Positions 1 to 7,362 of a stretch of 44,245 nt of DNA are shown here, piece by piece. The translations under genes and the position numbers were made by a program. This DNA comes from a virus (taxonomy: Duplodnaviria; Caudoviricetes). The notes beneath the pieces are model-generated. The model saw only the letters and a program-made list of their open reading frames with translations, made no database searches and was not told where the DNA came from. The number at the start of each line of letters is the position of its first letter. The first letter of the stretch is position 1. The DNA lies in the IMG/VR virus record IMGVR_UViG_3300034091_000010, positions 1 through 44,245 of that record. One strand, written 5' to 3'.

Positions 1-132
1 CGCCCTCACTACAGTAAAGAGAGTGGGTTGCATTCGTCTGCGCCAGAATTATGCCCAATTTTAGAAGACATTTGGAAACATCCGAAGAGAAAGAACGATT
101 ACGGGATGAAACCGAAGAAGGAGGCCGCATGA
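1..132 (+). CDS. 3' end of a hypothetical protein (partial)
   Basis: Frame +1 is open from base 1 (RPHYSKESG...KPKKEAA) to TGA 130-132, which overlaps the next ATG as ATGA. Confidence 0.55.
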   Translation, partial: RPHYSKESGLHSSAPELCPILEDIWKHPKRKNDYGMKPKKEAA

Positions 133-515
133 ATGAGGAAGTAGTAGAACGTCTTGCGGCATCTTTTGAAAAAATAGCGACAGCGTTGGAAGGTATACAT
201 GAAGAAGTCAGGAGAGCAGGAACCCGATACTGGCCAGAACCAAGAGAACAAAAAGAAGCAATCCTCAGCCATGTCCCAACCGAAGAGGACCGAATCCGAG
301 AGCGGCAAGGCGCAGGAGACGACAGACCAATTGACGAATGGCTCAGTGATCTTGGAGACCCCGAAGGAGAAGCCGGAATCGTTGGTGAACGCAGCCGCCA
401 GTGGATCATCGATCACCCGCCAGAGAAAGCCAAAGTCCCCGATGCCCGTGCCGAAGTTGCAAGCGTTGGAAAGTCGGACGCTACAAGCACTGAAGAGGCT
501 GAAAGTAAAGCCTGA
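129..515 (+). CDS. hypothetical protein
   Basis: ORF 51..515; start moved to ATG 129 because of the upstream AAGGAGG and the ATGA coupling. Confidence 0.6.
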   Translation: MNEEVVERLAASFEKIATALEGIHEEVRRAGTRYWPEPREQKEAILSHVPTEEDRIRERQGAGDDRPIDEWLSDLGDPEGEAGIVGERSRQWIIDHPPEKAKVPDARAEVASVGKSDATSTEEAESKA

Positions 516-1098
516 GACATTAAACGCGGCTCCCAAAATAACTCCGCTGCTGAAAAAGAGCCTCAAGGGTGGACTAAAAACCGCTCTTGAGGCTATGCGT
601 TTTGCAACTAACGATAAGGAAATAGAATCGTTTTTGAAGGTTTACGACAAGATTCCTGTTGGCGATAGAGAGCGGTTGCCGTGGGAAGTGATAATGATAA
701 AGGCCAAGGTAAACCCTGTATATTTACTTGGAGCTATTCAGTTGGCAGTGCAAACATACTGCTGGAATAAGAGTAGATTTATCGCAATATCGAATCATCC
801 AGACATTACAAAAGCGAGAGTTGATTTTGGAAAAGATATGGTTGGCGCAGAGAAAGACAGATTTGCGCTTGATGTTATGGTAGGAGCGCAACAATCGCCT
901 AAAGGACCAACCTTTATAGGAAAACAAGTGGCGGTTTTTGGCGGCGCAGGGAAGGACAAGGAAAGCGACGACGAAGGAAAGACAGTCGATGCGGAGTATA
1001 CTAGCAGTAACGATGAGTTTGACCGACTATTTCCAAGCCCTAACGAAATTCAAGAACGACTTGTACCAATCAGACAACGGCTATTGGAGGCGAAATGA
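199..1098 (+). CDS. hypothetical protein, candidate terminase small subunit (true start may be ATG 442)
   Basis: 299-aa ORF with a helical core and acidic tail, just upstream of the large terminase. Function is inferred from position only. Confidence 0.5.
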   Translation: MKKSGEQEPDTGQNQENKKKQSSAMSQPKRTESESGKAQETTDQLTNGSVILETPKEKPESLVNAAASGSSITRQRKPKSPMPVPKLQALESRTLQALKRLKVKPETLNAAPKITPLLKKSLKGGLKTALEAMRFATNDKEIESFLKVYDKIPVGDRERLPWEVIMIKAKVNPVYLLGAIQLAVQTYCWNKSRFIAISNHPDITKARVDFGKDMVGAEKDRFALDVMVGAQQSPKGPTFIGKQVAVFGGAGKDKESDDEGKTVDAEYTSSNDEFDRLFPSPNEIQERLVPIRQRLLEAK

Positions 1099-1367
1099 TG
1101 AGGGAATATGTTGAAGGACACAGGTTTAATGAAACTAAGTATGTTGGGAATCCATATCCAATCGTAGTAGTTAAAGGGTGCATTCGTTGTGACGGAAAGG
1201 ATAAAGCATTTATGGCATGGTGTCCAACGGGAGAGGTAGATAACGCAAAAGAATTAGCTCAACAGCATTTCAACACTTACCTTAATAAAGAATGTACTTG
1301 TATGTGGCCTGAGAATCCAGAAGGGAAATCTCCATTATGCCCAATTCACGCAGAGGCGCAAGGATGA
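1095..1367 (+). CDS. small Cys-rich hypothetical protein
   Basis: GGAGG RBS, ATGA overlaps at both ends, CxxC and CTC...CPxH motifs. Confidence 0.65.
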   Translation: MMREYVEGHRFNETKYVGNPYPIVVVKGCIRCDGKDKAFMAWCPTGEVDNAKELAQQHFNTYLNKECTCMWPENPEGKSPLCPIHAEAQG

Positions 1368-1612
1368 TACGATTCATCGACTTAGGTAAGCAGATAGCGA
1401 CGGACCCGAACGACCCTGAGTGGCTACGGGAATTTGCTTTTTACGACAGCCTACAGGCACAATTTCTATCGTTTGATGGGAGACAGGTGTTCGATTCGCG
1501 GGAGGATTTACTAGATAATTTAGACAATGATGACGATCCTGGGTACGTGAAGAAAATCTTAGGGCTGCTTCCTGAGTGGGTTCCTAAAAACAGTAATACG
1601 ATGGTGAGATGA
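1364..1612 (+). CDS. hypothetical protein
   Basis: ATG 1364 overlaps the previous stop (ATGA); begins MIRFIDLG. Confidence 0.65.
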   Translation: MIRFIDLGKQIATDPNDPEWLREFAFYDSLQAQFLSFDGRQVFDSREDLLDNLDNDDDPGYVKKILGLLPEWVPKNSNTMVR

Positions 1613-1624
1613 GGAGGTAGAGCC

Positions 1625-3775
1625 ATCTATTCCCCTAAAATAATCGAGAGCAATATACGCTTCTATGAGGCAAAAAATGGAATAGAGTTGGTGCGCCATA
1701 GCTTTGAAGAGGTGCAGGAGTTTACTAAGGGTATTAAGTCTATAACAAAATTAGGTAGTAACTCAAAAGGTGCGTGGATAGAATCTGTCTCTCCTATGAC
1801 AGATAAAAGAAAAGAAGAGATACGCCGATGGATATTGAATGAGCAAATTCTATGCGGATTGGACTATAACTATTGGAGAGATAATTATGCTTATTGTGTG
1901 GATGAAGGCGGACAGATTGTAAAATTCAAGAATCGTAAATCTCAAGATGTATTTGATGCCATAGTCGCCGACCTAGAAGAACAACAGGCAGGTATACAAG
2001 TAATCTGCCTGAAGGGTCGCCAAGTCGGAATAACTACCTTGGTATCTCTATACTTTATTCACAGGATGTTATTTGTTCCTAACACTCTTTCAGTCATGGC
2101 ATCCGTTCAAAAGGAAAAATCAGACGAGATTAAGATAAAGCTAGATACAGCTTATGATATGTGTCCTTGGTGGTTAATTCCAGTTAGAACACCTAAGAAT
2201 AGTTTTGCTAATGGATCGCGTCTATCTATTGAATCAGGTATGCAGCCGAAAGGTATTGCGCAGGGTAAATCACCTACGCTTATTCATATTTCAGAAATAT
2301 CGCTCATTCCTAATCCTCATAATGTAATCGAAGAAGGACTGTTACCTGCTACTCACTCGACCAAAAATCTATTTATGGTATTTGAAGGTACAGGATCGGG
2401 GAATGTAGGATGGTTTCCTGATTTCTGGAGAGACGCTAAGAAGAACTGGCCGCTAGGATTAGCTAGGATGTGTCCTGTATTCCTATCTTGGCCCCTTGCA
2501 ACGGACTTATATCCAGAAGCAGATTGGCTAAGATTGCATCCTGTACCTGCCGGATTTTACGAAAGGCGCTTAGAAGCAACTCGCGCACATATAACGCGCT
2601 GTGAGTCATATATTCGCAATACTCCGTATCTTGCAAAGATAATGGGGTCTGATTATAGAGTTCCCATTGAGCAGCAATGGTATTGGGAGTTTGAATACCG
2701 ACAGGCAAAAGAGAGACACGCTTTACAGCAACACGCAGCCCGTTTGCCAGCAGATGACTTTGAAGCTCTTACCGGAGTCCATGATAGCGTCTTTGACCAA
2801 GAGACGATTATGGAATTGGAAGAGGATATTTACGAGGTTAGGACGGATGGATCGAAAGCGCGTAGGACTCCAATTCAAGCCTATGCGATTACAGGACACT
2901 CGATCTTGGAGGAGTTTGAGCCAAGAGAAGACCAAATTGACTTTAGCAAGGAAATTATCCACCTGACACACAGATCGAATCGTGATGAGCGATATGATTG
3001 GGAATTAGTACCTCTGCTTCCGATTGACGAGGAGACAGAATCATTTACATTCGACATATTGTTAGTTTATGAACCTCCAGTTAAGGGAGCAATTTATAGC
3101 TGCGGAGTGGATACGGCGCACGGATTAGGGAATGAGGACGAGGATAGGTTCTGTGCATCAATGACCAAAGTTGCAACGGGCGCAGGATGTGACCAGCAGG
3201 TTGCCGAACTAACTTCTAATAGATTCTCTCCCGCTCAGTCTGTTCCATTTCTTGCTGCTATGGCAACGTGGTACGGACAAATTTCAGGTCATTACAGAGG
3301 CGTAAAGTTTTCAATCGAGCAGGTAGAAGGTCCGGGAGATACCTGCCAGAACCAATTAAAGATCATGGGCTTTAATTATCACGCCATCCCCGGAAGGCTT
3401 GACGGCAAGAAGGTAAAAGAAGAGAACAAGCATAGAGAAGGATGGTATTCAACTAAAGTAACCGTACCAATTCTTATGGATCGCTTTGTAGAGGCAGTCA
3501 ATGGTGGATGGTATGTTCCTTTATCGAAGTGGCTGATAGAGGAGTTGAAGACTCTTGAGCGCCGCACGGTAGAGGGAGGAAGAGACAAAATGATTCACCA
3601 GCAGAACAAACATGACGATAGAATAAGGGCGGCAGCACAGAGTTATTTGAATTGTCACACGTATGATGACTTGTCTGCTAGGTCTCAGCGTAGGTATGCG
3701 CAGCCGAAAAAGAAGTCAACTGACCCCAACAAGGGGCGGTGTATGTCGAACACGTTTTCTGTAGGGGAATGGTGA
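1625..3775 (+). CDS. terL: terminase large subunit (probable ATC start at 1625)
   Basis: Walker A-like LKGRQVGITT, Walker B IHISE, coupling motif FEGTG, RNase H-like GVDTAHG and HDDRI. The frame is open upstream of TTG 1688 to a perfect AGGAGGT (1612-1618) 6 nt before ATC. Confidence 0.9.
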   Translation: MYSPKIIESNIRFYEAKNGIELVRHSFEEVQEFTKGIKSITKLGSNSKGAWIESVSPMTDKRKEEIRRWILNEQILCGLDYNYWRDNYAYCVDEGGQIVKFKNRKSQDVFDAIVADLEEQQAGIQVICLKGRQVGITTLVSLYFIHRMLFVPNTLSVMASVQKEKSDEIKIKLDTAYDMCPWWLIPVRTPKNSFANGSRLSIESGMQPKGIAQGKSPTLIHISEISLIPNPHNVIEEGLLPATHSTKNLFMVFEGTGSGNVGWFPDFWRDAKKNWPLGLARMCPVFLSWPLATDLYPEADWLRLHPVPAGFYERRLEATRAHITRCESYIRNTPYLAKIMGSDYRVPIEQQWYWEFEYRQAKERHALQQHAARLPADDFEALTGVHDSVFDQETIMELEEDIYEVRTDGSKARRTPIQAYAITGHSILEEFEPREDQIDFSKEIIHLTHRSNRDERYDWELVPLLPIDEETESFTFDILLVYEPPVKGAIYSCGVDTAHGLGNEDEDRFCASMTKVATGAGCDQQVAELTSNRFSPAQSVPFLAAMATWYGQISGHYRGVKFSIEQVEGPGDTCQNQLKIMGFNYHAIPGRLDGKKVKEENKHREGWYSTKVTVPILMDRFVEAVNGGWYVPLSKWLIEELKTLERRTVEGGRDKMIHQQNKHDDRIRAAAQSYLNCHTYDDLSARSQRRYAQPKKKSTDPNKGRCMSNTFSVGEW

Positions 3776-3791
3776 TTGAAGGGAGAGGACT

Positions 3792-4034
3792 ATGGGAATT
3801 ATTCGGTGGTGGAATGACGTATGGAACAAGCCAGAAAAGGCAGCACAGGAGCCTTCGATCAGTGACGAAATCCGCGTTGGCGGGTACATTCAAAGAGGCG
3901 GAGAAATCGTAGACCTAACCAACAGGCCGAGGAAAGAGAATGACGGCTTTGCGCCTGACAGCGAACTGCTGCATCCTTGGAACGAAGCGCACAGAGGGAT
4001 GAAAGAAGGACTAATGAGGGGCGGGAAACGATGA
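3792..4034 (+). CDS. hypothetical protein
   Basis: GGAGAGG RBS; 80-aa ORF coupled to the next gene by ATGA. Confidence 0.6.
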   Translation: MGIIRWWNDVWNKPEKAAQEPSISDEIRVGGYIQRGGEIVDLTNRPRKENDGFAPDSELLHPWNEAHRGMKEGLMRGGKR

Positions 4035-4243
4035 GCGATACAGCCATGAGGTTGAGTGGACCGTTCACAGCATATTGTGAACATTGTGAAATGAACTTTC
4101 AATCTCAACAAGGACTTAAAGCCGCTGTGAGACATCCTGTGCATGATGAATGGCCTGATATGAACCCACGATTGGCGGAACTCTATCTAAAATGTCCTAA
4201 TGCGGGGAAGATATTTAAGTTCCCGGCAATGGAGGAAGCATGA
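4031..4243 (+). CDS. small zinc-ribbon-like protein
   Basis: ATG 4031 (ATGA overlap); CEHC...H...CP motif. Confidence 0.6.
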   Translation: MSDTAMRLSGPFTAYCEHCEMNFQSQQGLKAAVRHPVHDEWPDMNPRLAELYLKCPNAGKIFKFPAMEEA

Positions 4244-4371
4244 AGTTCCTCAAACTCACTAAGCGCGAAAATGAGCATGAGCGTTGTCTATACCTTTGGA
4301 CACCGTGGTTTACGGTCGTACATGATTTCGGCTCTGTGCAATGCAGAGGGACAGACGAATTTGAGGTATAA
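4240..4371 (+). pseudogene. 43-codon ORF interrupted by the TnpB insertion; paralog of the N-terminus of 5537..6214
   Basis: MKFLKLTKRENEHERCLYLWTPWFTVVHDFGSVQCRGTDEF versus MNLIKIGKRENELERCLYLWTSWTTIVLDCGSIICKGSDEF: 26/41 identical by manual alignment. GGAGG RBS and ATGA coupling. Confidence 0.7.
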
Positions 4372-4372
4372 T
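4361..4372 (+). promoter_or_regulatory. -10 element for a probably leaderless tnpB transcript
   Basis: TTGAGGTATAAT, with TATAAT at 4367-4372, 5 nt before ATG 4378; no SD present. Confidence 0.5.
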
Positions 4373-5503
4373 TAAGTATGATTCGGACGTACACAATGGG
4401 CCTGAAAATCACTCGCAAGCAGGATGAGATGTTGACGCGTCTTCTCGTTCAACTGTGCGAGTTGTACAACATGGCGCTCCAGCAACGTATAGATGTATGG
4501 AAATCACATAGAACTAGTTTAACATTATATGACCAGCAGAAACAACTAACAGAGTTACGTGCTGGTATAGAAGAATATGCTCAAAGTCCGTTAAAGGTTC
4601 AACGCGATCCCCTCCGCCGTTTGGATCGTGCGTTTAAAGATTTCTTCCGCCGCTGCAAGTCTGGCGAGAATCCTGGATTCCCGCGATTTCGCTCTCCTAA
4701 GAGATATAATTCATTTACTGTAGATTGCGAAAGGTCATATTACCGGAAGGGAGAATTGCAAATTGTTAAACTAGGAAAATTCCGTGCTAAAACACGTTGT
4801 AAAATTAAAGGCAAACTGAAGGAAATACATGTCAAACGCTGCGGCCAGAAATGGCAAGCTCAAATAGTATGTGATATTGGTCCTGCTCCAGAAAAGATTG
4901 CCGTGCGCAATGCGGTAGGGATTGACTTAGGTATTACATCGCTTGTTACGTTGAGCGATGGCACTGAGATTAGCAATCCACGTTGGACGAAGAAAGAAGA
5001 AAAGAATCTTGCTGAAGCGAACCGAGATTTAGCACGGAAGCAAAAAGGCAGCAATAACCTCAAGAAATCTAAGGAGCGTTTACGCAGAGTGCATCAACAT
5101 ATTATGGGCTTACGCCATTCATATTTAATAAGTGTAGCGAAAGAGATTGTTTCCAAATATGATTTAATTGTGCATGAAGATTTAACCATTAGAAATATGG
5201 CGAGGTCTAATTATGCAAAACAAATTTTAGATGCCGCATGGGGGAAATTAATCAGACGGCTCAATTGTGAAGCAGAATACGCTGGCAAATGGGTTATTCC
5301 GGTTAATCCACGCGGGACGACGCAACGATGCAGTAGTTGTGGCGAAAAGGTGCCTAAAGAACGAAGAAATAGAATCCACAATTGCCCGAATTGTGGATTA
5401 GTTCTTGGGCGCGATCTCAACGCCGCACTGAACATACTTAGGCTCGGCGAGGGCCTTGTGGCAACGCAGAATGCTTGAAAGAAAATAGAGCAACCGCCCC
5501 GGT
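4365..5503 (+). mobile_element. minimal tnpB-only insertion (no tnpA), bounded by GGT on both sides
   Basis: GGT at 4365-4367 and 5501-5503. Joining them restores an ORF ending in an ATGA overlap with ATG 5537. Boundaries are inferred. Confidence 0.5.
4378..5478 (+). CDS. tnpB: RNA-guided endonuclease TnpB (IS200/IS605/IS607 OrfB family)
   Basis: N-terminal LYNMAL helix, PGFPRFRS, RuvC-I VGIDLG, RuvC-II IVHEDL, zinc finger CSSC...CPNC, RuvC-III RDLNAALNI. The D-E-D triad is intact. Confidence 0.95.
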   Translation: MIRTYTMGLKITRKQDEMLTRLLVQLCELYNMALQQRIDVWKSHRTSLTLYDQQKQLTELRAGIEEYAQSPLKVQRDPLRRLDRAFKDFFRRCKSGENPGFPRFRSPKRYNSFTVDCERSYYRKGELQIVKLGKFRAKTRCKIKGKLKEIHVKRCGQKWQAQIVCDIGPAPEKIAVRNAVGIDLGITSLVTLSDGTEISNPRWTKKEEKNLAEANRDLARKQKGSNNLKKSKERLRRVHQHIMGLRHSYLISVAKEIVSKYDLIVHEDLTIRNMARSNYAKQILDAAWGKLIRRLNCEAEYAGKWVIPVNPRGTTQRCSSCGEKVPKERRNRIHNCPNCGLVLGRDLNAALNILRLGEGLVATQNA

Positions 5504-5536
5504 CTTTTATTGTTTTAGTAGCAGAGAGAAGAGGAT

Positions 5537-6214
5537 ATGAATCTCATCAAGATAGGTAAGCGAGAGAACGAACTAGAACGTTGTCTATATTTATGGACCT
5601 CATGGACAACTATAGTGTTGGATTGTGGATCAATAATATGCAAAGGCTCAGACGAATTTGGATTAGTGATTAAATATAAGGTTTGGGGGTTTACGTTTTA
5701 TTGGGGGAACCGCGACATTGAAAAGCTAGGAGAAAGGTCGAAGTTCGATAGGCTCCAGTTTACGAAAATACAGCCACGTTATGCCGAACAGAGGAAGAAG
5801 AGGATTGACTCAAGGGACTATTACGAGGCTAAGGAACAAAAAGTAAGGCAGGGAAAGAAGAAAAACCCTGCGGACATGACGTACCCTGAGCGGCATCAGG
5901 AGACACTAAAGGTCATTAGCAAGATGGAGTTCAGCGAGAATTTTGTCCATTTAATGACTACGCCAGTTGCTAAACTAGCTTTGGAGCGCGGGGATATATC
6001 GCAGGACGATGTGACAGGAGAGATTCTGACGGAAGAGATTTACGAAAGAGAAAAGGCAAAAAATCTTCGTTTAGGAGTTCCTAACGCAGGGCTTTTAGGA
6101 TTTAAGAAGGCAGAAGAGGGTGAGGGATACGAGGCGATCAATATCCCCGGCTCGGAACTGAGACAGGTTGCAAGCAGCGTAGGACAAAAACTACAGTTGG
6201 AGGACGGACGATGA
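5537..6214 (+). CDS. hypothetical protein
   Basis: GAGG RBS, 225 aa, coupled to the next gene. Confidence 0.7.
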   Translation: MNLIKIGKRENELERCLYLWTSWTTIVLDCGSIICKGSDEFGLVIKYKVWGFTFYWGNRDIEKLGERSKFDRLQFTKIQPRYAEQRKKRIDSRDYYEAKEQKVRQGKKKNPADMTYPERHQETLKVISKMEFSENFVHLMTTPVAKLALERGDISQDDVTGEILTEEIYEREKAKNLRLGVPNAGLLGFKKAEEGEGYEAINIPGSELRQVASSVGQKLQLEDGR

Positions 6215-6438
6215 TAATACGTAAAATAGATGGAGAAGACGGGAAATGGTATGCTTTGGGAGCGGAGTTCCAGTTTGAGTGCTGTGATTGTGGTCTTGTG
6301 CATGACATTGAAATAAGAAAATTCAAAGGGAAGTTTCAAATAAGATTATTTCGTAATAGACGCTCAACTTCAGCGTCTAGAAGGGAAAGAAGAAAGCACA
6401 GGAGAAATAAATGGACTGCTTATACTAGAAGTCAATAA
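6211..6438 (+). CDS. small phage protein with CCDCGLVH motif
   Basis: GGAGG RBS, ATGA overlap, metal-binding-like motif, Arg-rich tail. Confidence 0.65.
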   Translation: MIIRKIDGEDGKWYALGAEFQFECCDCGLVHDIEIRKFKGKFQIRLFRNRRSTSASRRERRKHRRNKWTAYTRSQ

Positions 6439-6458
6439 CCCAAGTTAAAGGAGGGAAA

Positions 6459-7259
6459 ATGAGTACACAAACCCTGACTGACCGTATATCTGCATTAAAA
6501 GAGGAACTTGCCGCGCTCAAGAAAGAACGTAAACTGGCAGCATTTGCTCTAAAAATATCAAGAGAATGGTTGAGCGTTAAATATGGTCTACCTGACAGCA
6601 GCACCCAAAGGGCAATCGTCTGGTGCGGCCACGCAGAACAATGCTGGTGGAATAACGATAAAAAGCAATGGTTTGTCTTTAACGGGACATGGATGCTTAA
6701 CGATAAGGATAGGCTAGAAAACGTAACCCATTGGATGATGACCGATTGGATGCAGTCTGAATACTGGCCTTCCTACGGACCAGGACTCATGAATTATGTA
6801 CGCTACATCTGGCGGCGGTTCACCCAAGGCGCGACGGATATGGCTAGGGATATGAGGCCGAGAGGATGGTCAAGCAAGGCTCAACTAGACAAAAAACCAG
6901 TCTTTTATAGGGACGCATCAGGAAAGATTATGACCGGGATGCCTGAGAACGTCCCTGCGCCGAGAGGATACGAGAAAGTCGTTTGTGGTAGCGTACAAGA
7001 GGCAGAACGGTATTCGGAGATGCAGCGGCGACAGGAACGAGTAGAGCATCGTTACCAGCAGGAACAGCGTGGAGCCATAGAGGAGAGTTTCAAACAGGAA
7101 TGGCGCAGAGATGCTCGTACTTTAATGGAAAACGCACGGGACAACAAAAACAGGGAATTTATGAGAAGAGCCTTAGAACGGAACGCAGAGAGGAAAGACC
7201 CAACAGCGTTTGAACGGGAAAGCTACCTACATGCCGAGGCATTTGAAGATCGGCACTAA
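6459..7259 (+). CDS. hypothetical protein upstream of portal
   Basis: AAGGAGG RBS; 266 aa with a Trp-rich N-half and a charged helical C-half. Confidence 0.75.
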   Translation: MSTQTLTDRISALKEELAALKKERKLAAFALKISREWLSVKYGLPDSSTQRAIVWCGHAEQCWWNNDKKQWFVFNGTWMLNDKDRLENVTHWMMTDWMQSEYWPSYGPGLMNYVRYIWRRFTQGATDMARDMRPRGWSSKAQLDKKPVFYRDASGKIMTGMPENVPAPRGYEKVVCGSVQEAERYSEMQRRQERVEHRYQQEQRGAIEESFKQEWRRDARTLMENARDNKNREFMRRALERNAERKDPTAFERESYLHAEAFEDRH

Positions 7260-7267
7260 TAAAGGTG

Positions 7268-7296
7268 TAGACGGCTGATAGAAATTGGTTTATGAT
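7268..7296 (+). promoter_or_regulatory. sigma70-like promoter upstream of portal
   Basis: TAGACG-17 nt-TATGAT in intergenic DNA. Confidence 0.5.
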
Positions 7297-7362
7297 GCTC
7301 TTTAGTTGATTCTGGAATGGGAGCCGGAATCGAGGAACGCACCGGGAGGAATGCGAGTATGA

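Noticed and set aside
51-128. ATG 51 start for the first full ORF
   Set aside because: It overlaps the upstream partial gene; ATG 129 has the RBS and ATGA coupling.
4378-5478. TnpB as Cas12f or as a nuclease-dead TldR repressor
   Set aside because: No CRISPR array or cas genes nearby, and all three RuvC acidic residues are present.
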